Shown here in pieces: positions 36,525 to 47,176 of a stretch of DNA of 64,000 bases (position 1 is its first letter; each line of letters begins with the position of its first letter). The notes beneath the pieces are model-generated. The model was not told where the DNA came from. It saw nothing but the letters and a program-made list of their open reading frames with translations, and did not search any database. This DNA is from Lama glama (Eukaryota). Where the stretch lies: assembly GCA_028534125.1 (NCBI GenBank), contig CM052817.1, positions 46,006,001 through 46,070,000 of the forward strand. Direction: 5' to 3'. Both the position numbers and the translations under genes were made by a program.

Positions 36525-36745
36525 TGAGAATTGCAAATATGAACTACTACATATAAAATAGATTTAAAAAAACAAATTTCTCTCCATATAGTACAGGGAA
36601 CAATATTCAATATCTTGTAGTAACCTTTAATGAAAAATAAAATGAAAACAAATATTTGTATGTGTCTGTATGACTGAAACATTATGCTGTACACCAGAAA
36701 GTGACCGTTGTAACTGACTATACTTCAATAAAAAATAATTTTAAA
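36525..36745 (+). mobile_element. Severely 5'-truncated L1 (3' UTR only)
   Basis: Same 3' UTR family as the other young L1s ('tagtacagggaacaatattcaatatcttgtagtaacc...gactatacttcaataaaaa'). Candidate TSD core TATTAC at 36519-36524 and 36748-36753. Confidence 0.9.
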
Positions 36746-37539
36746 AATATTACCCAATTTTTGGATTGGTAAATTATTCTTAAATGTGAAATAACAGCAA
36801 AACTTTAAAAACATACTAAGATATTATAATGTAGGTAAAAATACCAGCTCTGCACCCTGCCACACACACACACTTTGGGCTACTTGGGAGGTAAACTATA
36901 ATCAGTTCTACATAGTTAGGGCCAACTGAGTGGCATAATTACTGAGTGAGTTGGAGTAGTTCTGGATTAGCAAAGAGTAAGCTTTCAGTTATTTAAAGGT
37001 ATGCCCACCTTTCCATTCTGCCTAGACTTTGTTCCATGAGTGACAAAAACAGCCTGGTAAATCACTTGCCAAAGCAGTACATCTAAGCAATTTTATTAAC
37101 AATGAATTTCAGAGAATTATGATGCATCAGATGTGTTACACACTAATCATAAGGCTGCAACCAAAACGATCTTTTAAGCAATAAATTCATGACGGTGAGT
37201 GAATGAGCCTTTCCAAAGGTAGAAAGTCTCAATTATCTCAAAGCAGTTCAGATATAGAGACAATGTAATTTATTTACTAAGGGTCTGCGTGTGTGTGACT
37301 CTGTGCTGGGCTGTAAAATTCAAGTCCCTAAAACCTCAAAGCCCTTTGCTTTTCCCATCACTGTACCACTTCCCATTAACTCTGCTTAAGTGTACAATAT
37401 TATATTTTAGGGGATTAAAAATTGAAACTTTAAGCAGAAGCGTGAAGTATTTTATGCAAATCAAGAAACTACTTGATAATTCATGATTTCACATGTGTAC
37501 TTCTGTGTCTATATAGATTCATTCTTTTCCTGGAAAGCA

Positions 37540-37810
37540 GCCCCTGTTTACTCTCCTTTACCTGCATCTTGTTAAAATTTTTGCCTATTTCTGGTTGTTT
37601 TTAAATGTCACTTCCTGAGCAAGCACACTTTGATTTCAAAAATATGAATTCCTCTCTGACTCTTACATCACTCTGTGCAACACTTACACTACCCTGTAAC
37701 GTCCATAGGGGCAGCAACCATACCTGTATTATTCATCACTGTGTGCCCACCACCCAGAGCATGGCCTGGCCTGGGGTAGGGGTGCTCACAAACACCTTCT
37801 GCACGACTAA
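37540..37810 (+). mobile_element. L2 3' fragment
   Basis: 'aaatgtcacttcctgag...ttcatcactgtgtgcccaccacccagagcatggcctggc...gtgctcacaaa'. Confidence 0.7.
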
Positions 37811-38478
37811 CACGTACATCCAACACTGTGGGAAGTGCTGCAAGACTCTCCAAAGTCTGGCCCTTAGGAAACCTATGCTGCATGTTTTATATTATAGGAT
37901 CATATACAAAATAAGAACGTTAAATTTCTTGTGGTGCAAACAGATTTAAAAATACATTAAAAGATTAAAGAATGGAGCTCCTGGTGTGAACTGAAATTGT
38001 TTTGTGGTAAATTATGTGTAAGTGAGTTCACGAAACACTGCTCCATTTTGTTTTGTCAGTTCCAGAGAACTTCTGACAGTGGAGCATCTGGTCACATTAG
38101 CATTGCCTCCATTTTTAGTAGGCTGGTGCAAATAACAGGCAACAAGTCATCCTTTTTTGCCTTTTTTGTTATACTTCTAACTTCCAAAAGATGGCAGTGT
38201 CATAGAGAGTGAAAATCGTGTTTCTTAAGTCTGAGCTGATCAGCAGATTGAGTAGTTAGCTGTGGCCCTAAAGAGCTGACCATACTTTGCAAAAATCTCA
38301 AGTTTCAGAAAGATATCTAAAGTGAAAACTATGGGCTCCCCAGGAGGAAGGGACCTGCCTGTTGGGTTAATTACATGCCTTTGCGCAGCAGACAAGAGCT
38401 CCAGACAATGTTCTATTACATACAAATGAACAAACAAATTTGAGCCACAATTGAAAAACATATTATTTAATGCCAGAA

Positions 38479-38575
38479 ATTAAATATTTATAATAAATAT
38501 ATATGTTTAATATATAATAAATATATATTTAATATATAATGAATATCTTTATTTAAATATATTAAATATATTTAT
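38479..38575. repeat. AT-rich low-complexity tract (TAATATATAATAAATATATAT-like units)
   Basis: Read directly from the sequence. Confidence 0.85.
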
Positions 38576-39039
38576 GTTTCTGAATTCAAATTCCAAATGT
38601 CAGTGCTATGATCAGTCCATCTGCTGGGCCCACATGGAGGACTGCTTCCTCCCTTCATTCGTAAGTCAAGGCACGTCTCCTAAAAACTTTATTTTCTTCT
38701 ATAGGAAGTTAGAATAGATATACTTATCTTCCTTATAGGCTATTTTTTTAAATTTTATGTACAACAAAGTTTGAGTGAGGCCAAGATTTGGCACAGATGT
38801 AGATTAAGTGAGCTTGTCCTTGGTAACTTCTTTCTACCCTTAGAGTTTTCTTCTCCCCTTGGAGCTGCTATTCCCAGAGGTGCCAGGCTCTCCCCAGTCG
38901 TGTCCTCCTCTCAATGCTGCCTTCCTTAGGTCTGTCTTTTCTGCCCCCCACTAAGACTTTCTAGTGCTGATCTTCAAGGACTGTCTCCTTGTTGGAAAGA
39001 GTCTAATCAATAATTGGCAAGTGACTGTATTGCTGGTCA

Positions 39040-39350
39040 TTTATTCACTCATTTATTCATTATCCATCACTCATGAATGGGGCCCCTGCTATGCACTCAT
39101 CACTGTCACATATGGTGGTTACCTACAGGAAGGCCCTGCCTTCATGATCAAAGCTGGAGAGGCAGACAGTTAACAGTCAACAGTAATCATGCTTCAGATA
39201 GATAAACACTGAGGCGGAGTGAAGCAGTTTGCTATGGCAATGCACAGCAGATTCTGTACTGTAAGAGGATCTTTTTCATCTTTGTATCTTTATTTCACAG
39301 CGCAGTGCCTGGCCCATGAATGCAGACATATGCAATAGATATTTAGGCCT
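39040..39350. mobile_element. L2 fragments in both orientations
   Basis: 'tcatttattcactcatttattca...ggccctgccttcatga' (minus) and 'cacagcgcagtgcctggccca' (plus). Confidence 0.55.
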
Positions 39351-42300
39351 AAGCTTGTATCGATGGGATACTGAGGCAAGTTGATGGGGGTGTTTTTGTA
39401 TTGCTCACTGTTCCCACCATACCACAGGTTGGGAAAGAGAAATCTCTGCCTGCCATAAACTGGTAGAACTGAAACAGAAATCACACTTTTGCTTTTGCTT
39501 CTTCTTCATGTTGGTTCTGAGTTGGAGAAGGAAGAAATACTTGTTAGACAACAAGACACTAAAATGGAGACTGGAGTAAGTTTCTAATGCTCACTCTTAC
39601 TACCAAAAGGCCACTGGGGCATGGGAGGTGCTGTGCAGCCATCAGGCACTGTCCGTCCCTAGCAGGGACTGGACCTCGTTTGTTTGACTTGGCTAATAAA
39701 TATGACTCAGGCATGCACACCAGCAAGAGTTCATTTCCTTAAAAACTGGCTACGGTTTTGTTTTTTTTTCATGTGCTCCCCCTAGAGGTTTTCATTTATC
39801 TTCAAGGCATCTTCTAAGTGGTGTAAACCCTTCTCTCAAGTTCTGCCTATATGGATAAATAAATCAATGTTGTGAGGATTTACTTTGCATCACTTCTTAA
39901 CTGTTGTACACTAACCAGGCCAAAACACCGTTAGTTATCTGGGTGATTTATCTACACCTGTGATCCAGTTCGCAGCATCCTTCTTGACTCTTTTTGAGAG
40001 ATCATTTCTCTCTAGGATAAAAGAAGTTTATCAGCAAGATTCTGTCTCCTCCTTACTGCCTTAAATTCAGGTGTATCAAGTACATCGGGAAACAGCTCAG
40101 TGGAAGCAAATAGGAAAACCACCCAAGGGATGGAGGCTTCGTTGCCGTGACTTCACGCCTGGAAACTGAGGACGAGCCAGTTGATCCGGCACAGCGGGTG
40201 TGTCTGTTGAAGTTCCCAGGGAACAATGGCCCACACTGTGCAGGCTGCCACGTGGGAAACAGATTTGTTTATGTTTTCCTTGATGTCATTTTGAGGGGGT
40301 AAAATATGGTGGCCTTTTTCTTTATCCAGATGTCACAGAGTCAGCTGGGAACTCCAGCTTCCTGGTCCCAAATACAGGTCTGTTATTTCCAGAAACTGTG
40401 AAATCCAGTGACTTGTTTGAGGCTCTGTCATTGTTGGTGGTGGCCTTTTAACCTCCCAGGACAGGAGGAGCAGGTTTTCTTGTGGAAGAGAAGGCAGATT
40501 CCAGGAAGTTCCCAGACAGTCATTTACCATTTCTTCTTGGAAGGGGGAGGAGAATGAGATAAGGCAAAGGTGGATGGGATGCCCTCACAAGGGCAGGGGA
40601 CCCACCCTTGGCCTGTGAAAGATCAATGTGTGTTCAATGGCTTTGCAGACTTGTCTGCCCCAACCAAAGGCACACACATAAGAAACCTTTCCACCTTTAA
40701 CTCACCATTAAACACAATTTTCTCATAACCTAGTCTTTAACACCATGAAAGTTTTGAGGCTAAAAAAAGGATTTTTATTGCATTTAACTTGCATGTGCAT
40801 TAAATTCCTAAGGCTAGCCAGACATGGGGAAAACAGCTACCTCTTGTAAAAATTTCTATGTCAAATCTTCCATTCTATAAACTCAGCAAATATACTTAGC
40901 TTTGTCAGATAATGGGACCCAACTTTTCACCAGTTTATAAAATTGAACGAATCTGATAAATCACAATAGAAGATAAATTTGATTTAGAACATAAATATAT
41001 AGAGGGTATTTGGTCAAATAATTAATTTTAAGGGTTTCTAGCCATAACCTTGTAAGCTTGTTACTGTGTATTAGTAGGCACAGTTTCAATTTTTAAAAAA
41101 AGACACTCAGAGAATTGGTAGTAAAATAATTGCTGTGCCTCCTGGATTTTATATAACTGTGAGTACTGCAAAAGTATAATATGAAAACAAATGCTCTTTT
41201 CTAATCCAAATTCAATCCATTTATGCTTATTGATCTAATGGAACTTCCTAGGTCCTGAGGATAAATGTGAAGATAATGGTTATATAGTTCTCACTGTCTA
41301 ATCAAAGTTGGTAGAACTCAACAAAAGAAATTCTGTTTGCTTTGGCATTAAATCTCTTATGAAGTATATTTCCCATTTATGGTCATGACTCTCCAAGCAC
41401 AAATACACATAGCTCCCAGCTCCTCCCTTTTTATACATGGGAGGTCACAAAAGAAGCATAAATTCCTGTTAAAACTGCATTTAGCCAGGGTGAAAAGAAA
41501 TGAGAAAATTATTAAATTACAGAGGAAAATATATATAGACACAATGGCTGATGTGGTACAAAATACTAACTATTGTGGCAGTGGAAAGAAGAACTCAACA
41601 GATGTTCCGTGTACTCCCCCACATTTCTCAGCCTCTTTCTAAGTTAATAACGTGTGCTTCTATCCATGCTTTTAACCATCTACATTCTCTTTACCTCCTG
41701 TGGCGAGCAGTAAAGAACTCCAAGGGAGAGAAATTGCGTGATGGGCTCAGCTTGGGTTCTTGAGTCATGGAAGGAGAGCTTTGCAGGAGAGTTGCCTAGC
41801 TCTCTTTGGGCTATGCCATTAAGCAAGAGACAAACTATGATCTGATAAGCAGCTGAGATTAAAGGCTTGAAATTGCTACTTGATTTTGTAAAAACCACTG
41901 CTAACACTCTTTTTAAAATAATAAATTTTCCTTTTAGTGCTAGTATTCCAACAATTTGATATTTTGGAGACTTTAAAATGGTGAACTATATGCTACATAG
42001 TCATTCTTGTCATTATACCAATAATAAGACTGTACAACATTAGACTGAGAAATTTTAGTGGGTTTACTTAATATGTGTAGGCAATGAACGCTAAGTCTTT
42101 TAGGATGTTTTTGACCAAGGCTCTAGATTTAACTCAGATTTAACTAGAATCCTCCTCGTCAAATTACATGGTTTTACTGTATATGAAATTTTTTAATGAG
42201 AATCTTTGGTTTCATAGTAAAAGAAGAAAAGAAAGCTGTTCATCTATGAGAAGGGTAATCTGTTAATATGAAATTAAATACGGTCAAAGAGAAAAAAGAA

Positions 42301-42389
42301 TGAATAACCATAAAGAACATTGGTCAAGAAAACACTTTCTCTAGAACAGCATCAAGATCAAATCAAGGGACATCTACTCACCTTAAAAT

Positions 42390-42725
42390 AGAAAGCCTTC
42401 ACAATGTCTGTCCAATAGGATTTCAGAATTGCTGTAGACCAGTGATTGAAGGAGGTTGCCCCATAATCCTCCTTTCTGAGTGAGAATGCTTATAGCAGTC
42501 GTGTGTCCTCATTGTATAATGAGTGTGGATATGCCTATGCTGGAGGAGGGCCAGATAACTTCATAGTTTTTCAACTTATGAGGATCCATACTTGTAACTC
42601 ATGGAGGGACCAACCTGTGGAGACTATCCAGAGATTCTGAGCTTCCGGCTGGGTGTGGTGACCAATAGGACTTTGGTTTCCTCCCTTGGAAGGGGCTAAG
42701 TGTATTTGATGACCAGAAGAGCAGA
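42390..42725 (+). mobile_element. MaLR internal (MLT1-int) 3' region
   Basis: 'ggatttcagaattgctgtagaccagtga...ggccagataactt' matches MLT1-int as recalled; lies directly upstream of the LTR. Confidence 0.65.
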
Positions 42726-42726
42726 C

Positions 42727-43088
42727 CATGACAGAGACTGTTAGATTTCATCAAATATTTCATGGGCCCTATTTATTTCCCAGCTTTTATTGCAGTTGAG
42801 TTGGAGTTAGGTAACTAATTCTGGCTAGTGAACCGTGAATGTAAGTGATGTGGTCACTTTGGGTTGAAGAGAGTTAAGATTAGGCCAAATTTCTGTAGCT
42901 GCAAATGAAGGACCTCAAAATGATGGAGATGGAAAATGGTATCCCCTGGGCAAGTAGAAGTCCATACAATAAAATTACCTGATCTACGTGGAACCGTGGC
43001 ATAAGCAATAAATTAACTTTCGTTGTGTTACTTCACTGAGGTTTTAAGCATGACTCTCAGAAGCTAACTTTAATTATCTGACTAATAA
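42727..43088 (+). mobile_element. MaLR 3' LTR (MLT1I/J-like)
   Basis: 'tttcccagc...ttgcagttgagttgg...ttctggc...gtgatgtggtcactt...ttgtgtta...cactgag...ctgactaata'. Confidence 0.7.
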
Positions 43089-43389
43089 ATAAAGTATTAT
43101 AATCACCACTGATGTTCTAACCCACAGAAAATGCTTGTTTTCTTTTGCAGGAAACCCCTGTAGCAGTCAGCATTCATTTCATCATATATATTTTGAGCCA
43201 GCTGTCATGACAGATACAAAGAAATTAGGGCATGTCTTTTCTCTCCTGTCCAAAATTTCACAGTCCAGTTCTCTCACCTGCTTTCCTAAGAGACAGAATA
43301 TGACTGAAGTTCAATTCAGGCTTTTGAAGTAGCATCTGGTAGCTTCTACGAAAGCTCTTAATAACTCTGAGTAAGAAAATACCAGGCTC

Positions 43390-43660
43390 TGAATAAAGCC
43401 TGCTCTGAATAAAGACAGAATCTTGAAGAGATCATCAGTGAGTGCAACGTACTCTAAGGAAAAGTTCAGTTTATGTATCACCTCCTGTGTCATAACTGCC
43501 CCCTCTCGTGTCTGGGTTAGGGGTCTCCCTGTGTGCTCTGATAGCAGCCTGTGTACTCTGTCTCTCATAATACTTTTCATACACTATTGGGATTGTCTCT
43601 ACGTGTGTCCTATTTCTCACTGTACTGTAAATTCTATGAAGGCCAAAGTATTGTCTATGT
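43390..43660 (+). mobile_element. L2 fragment
   Basis: 'gtatcacctcctgtg...tctgggttaggggtctccctgtgtgctc...actgtaaattctatgaaggc'. Confidence 0.65.
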
Positions 43661-43769
43661 AGTTTGCCATTACAACTGCGGGCCTCTTACTACTATTTAC
43701 TGTTTCTTACAGTATAATTCTCATGTATTAGTTCTCCTTGTCTCTAATTTATTGAAAGCCTTTCCTATA

Positions 43770-44360
43770 TATTGATAGAGAAGATGATGAGTTTAGTTTT
43801 GAATATCTTGAGTGGGAGCTGCCCATGGGAAATCAAATGAAGATGTATAGCAAGTAATTGGGTAGATGGTTCTGGACCTTTCTGGAAGAGAAATCTGGCA
43901 TGGAGACATAGAAGTCTGCAGGGTAGCAGCAGAGAAGTGCTTTCTAAAGCCATAAATGTACATTAGATCAGCTAGAAAGATGGAATGGATTAAGAAGTGA
44001 AGACATTTGGGAATGAAACTCCAGGAGGAAATTGGAGGAAAAATACTGATGGACTTCTTAGAAATAACACTAAGAGAAGAGAAGAGAAGTGAAAGAAAAG
44101 GTACAAGAGTGAGGAAACATGAAAAAAAGGAGAAATGTTTAAAAGGAGGGAGATTCAAATGCTGCATAGAGATCAAACAAGATAAGAATAGAAATAATTC
44201 CATTGGTTTTAGGAATGAAGACATTATTAATGACTTTCATCAGAGTGGTTTCTGTACAGTGGTGGGTCTGGAAGCCAGGCTTCTGTAGGTTAAGAGATAA
44301 ATAAATGATGAGGAAGTAAAAAAGAGTTCTGGAATTTGACAGTCAAGAAAAGTAGAGAGA
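43770..44360 (-). mobile_element. L2 body fragment
   Basis: 'gatgatgagtttagttttgaatatcttgagtgg...ggaagagaaatctggcatggagacataga...gtggtgggtctggaagccag'. Confidence 0.8.
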
Positions 44361-44364
44361 GCTA

Positions 44365-44837
44365 CCTCTTACACATCCTTTAAGGCTCAACCAGATAGCA
44401 CCTCCTCCCAAAAGCTTTTTCAAATACCATCACCACTTTCTGGTTTCTATCACACACACACAATATATTTGGTCCTATGCATACCACCATATAATCACTG
44501 ATTACACAATCTATTGTAATTGCCTGATTGTCTTTTCCAATAATCAATGGTCTTAACCTTCTTGGGTTTTCTGAAGTTTTTTAGAATCAGATGAAATCTA
44601 AAAACCACCTTTGCCAAGAAGTTCACACATATACATACACACAAATTTGTGCACAAAATTTCAACAAGCTAAATGGAACCCCAAAAATTCATTCAGAATA
44701 AGAAGTTCCCAGGTTAAGAAGCCCTGCATAACACTTTAAACATTTTATAATAGAGAATGAATATTACTTGTTTTGTATCTTCTGTGATTGACACTGTGCC
44801 TATTACATACAAATAGATGCTCAGAAATGCTTGATGA
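44365..44837 (+). mobile_element. L2 3' end, interrupted by a hAT MITE (44543-44727) and by a young L1; tail resumes at 45448-45475
   Basis: 'catcctttaaggctcaacc...cctcctcccaaaagc' and 'cactgtgcc...gatgctcagaaatgcttgatga|...|atgaatggatggatgga'. Confidence 0.7.
44543..44727. mobile_element. Old hAT-Charlie-type MITE
   Basis: TIR-like ends 'caatggtcttaacct' and 'aggttaagaagccctg'. Confidence 0.65.
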
Positions 44838-45447
44838 TATCCAGAGGGAACCTAAATTCAAAAAGACACCTGCACTCCAATGTTCATAGCAGCACTATTT
44901 ACAATATCCAAGACATGGAAACAACCTAAATGTCCATTGACAGATGACTGGATAAAGAAGTTGTGGTATATTTATGCAATGAAATACTACTCAGCCATAA
45001 AAAATGATAAAACAATGCCATTGGCAGCAACGTGGATGGCCCTGGAGAATGTCATTCTAAGTGAAGTAAGCCAGAAAGAGAAAGAAAAGTACCATATGAT
45101 ATCACTCATATGTAAAATCTAAAAAAAAAAAGATAAATGAACTTAAATATAAAACAGAAACAGACTCACAGACATAGAATATAGACTTGTGGTTACCAGG
45201 GGGGAGTTGGGTGGGAAGGGATAAACTGGGAGTTCAAGATTTGCAGATACTGACTGATATATATAAAATAGATAAATAACAAGTTTATACTGTATAGCAC
45301 AGGGAAATATATTGAATATCTTGTAGTGAAAAAGAATATGAAAATGAATATATGTATATTATGTATATTCATATATGACTAAAGCATTGTACTGTAACCA
45401 GAAATTGACACAACATTGTAAACTAACTATACTTAAATAAAAAAAAA
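44838..45447 (+). mobile_element. 5'-truncated young L1 (ORF2 C-terminus, 3' UTR, poly(A)) with TSD
   Basis: Encodes MFIAALFTISKTWKQPKCP...EVSQKEKEKYHMISLICKI* (L1 ORF2 end). TSD GCTTGATGA at 44829-44837 and 45448-45456. Confidence 0.97.
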
Positions 45448-46532
45448 GCTTGATGAATGAATGGATGGATGGATGCCTTAATTGCAAAGTAGAAATACGT
45501 GCAAGGGGTTTTGAAAATATGGAAGTCTGACCATCTAACATTGCCTTAGAGAAATGGGAATCCTTTAGTGCACAGATTTGAAGGAAGAGGTTGCCAGATG
45601 AGAAAGCAAGGAAGGACCTTTCTTACAGAAAGAACATCAGATGAAAAGGCCCACCAGATCTAGAGAACAGGTAATTTAACTTGAATGGAGTACAAGAAGC
45701 ATTGAGGGAATACCAAAAAACAAAGCAAGTAGCTGGTGATCATTCTCCCATGCTTTCAGTCCAATACACTTTCCTAGGAAGAAATTTGCCTTTGCTACTT
45801 GTAACACTATCATTTGGTATTTGAGATAACTTCAGTGCCTGAAATTGATTACCGATTCATTCTATGGTTTATCATAAGACTCTAAAACAAATTGATTAGT
45901 TTTAGATAGATGCAGAAAATGCACATTGACAGTACACTCTAAGTCCTAGGATGAACAGAAACAGTATTCTTAAGTTTCATAGCTACAGCATTATATCTCT
46001 GAAATTTTACTAGAAACTCTTGCAAAATTCCCAGGCTGAGTGTGGGTGGAGGGTGGAATTATTAACTAGAATTCTTTGGTTTGCTTTGCTCAGTTCAGTC
46101 CGTCAGAGCGTGGTTCAGGGGAAGGCAAGGATGTGGGTAGAATCTATGTGGGCCAGTTCATTTACTTTAACCTTGCACAGTTGTATCAACAATGAAAACA
46201 GAAAGGATTATATTCTCCTAAAACAAAGTGAATGTTTTAGGGGAAGTCAAAGCTAATGCATCATCACAATTAGGAAATCAACACAAAGTTCATGGCCCTT
46301 TAATGGTTAGATCATCTCAGTAGCATCATCCTCTCAAAGAACAGTACATTACTCTCATTAACCAAAAGGTCATTATCAACACTCCATTAGTCATCAGTAC
46401 ATAGTGTAGCTTATCTGAAACAAATATTTAAATGATCGGTGGTAAAGATCAAGTGACTATACATGAGCCAGGGGTAGAGTGGGTCTTTAAACTTTTCCTG
46501 AATTAATGTCATTTTAAAAGTCTCTTTCTAGA

Positions 46533-46544
46533 GCTGACTCAGCA
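46533..46544. promoter_or_regulatory. MARE/ARE-like motif GCTGACTCAGCA, with an AP-1 site (TGAGTCA) about 35 bp downstream
   Basis: Motif match only. Confidence 0.3.
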
Positions 46545-46569
46545 CCATAAAACACTAGTAAACATAAAA

Positions 46570-46812
46570 ATGTTTAAATGAGTCAGGCAGGGTTTGAACC
46601 TTGGTGCTATCATTTATTAAGTGATCTTAGGCAAGTTATTCAATCTCTCGGGAGCCTCAGTTTTTTAACCTGAATGTGGACTGACAGTGGTACCTACCTC
46701 ATGAAGTTGTGGCTATATTCAAGTGAGAGAAAATATTTAAAGCCTTTGTTATAATTCTGGCATATGGTAAGTACTTAAAAGATGTAAGTTAATAGGATTT
46801 TTGCCATTATTA
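46570..46812 (+). mobile_element. MIR
   Basis: 'gagtcaggcagggtttgaacc...gtgatcttaggcaagttattcaatctctcgggagcctcagttt...gtacctacctcat'. Confidence 0.85.
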
Positions 46813-47134
46813 TTAATTTATTTTATTATCCCACTGAGTAAAGTTTGAGCTAGAAGGACCAAGGGAGAATTTAATATTTTGAAAAGTATTGCTTCCCCCA
46901 TCAAATGAATAGGGGAGTCTTAACGAGGGGAAATATTTGAAGGGTAGTAGGGAGGACATCATGATATTGCCACATCTTCTATTTTAAGGTTTCACAGTGT
47001 AGCTTTGTTTGATTTGAAATCAATTCCCAGACTTACATATCCACATTAACTTTAATTGTTAAAAATATTCCAAAAGCCAAGTGTCATTATTTTATGTAGA
47101 TAAAATCCTTCCTGTAATCATTATCGCATTCTTA

Positions 47135-47176
47135 TCCTCCTCTGCGCTGTGTTCTGACCAATTGAGCTAAGCAGCC
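47135..47176 (-). mobile_element. tRNA-derived ancient SINE head or tRNA pseudogene fragment (tRNA-Ile/MamSINE1-like)
   Basis: Minus strand 'ggctgcttagctcaattggtcagaacacagcgc' resembles 'ggccggttagctcagttggttagagcgtggtgc' (A-box region). No B-box seen. Confidence 0.45.

Noticed and set aside
44880..45122. Open 80-aa ORF with strong protein similarity
   Set aside because: It is the C-terminus of L1 ORF2 in a 5'-truncated, promoterless copy.
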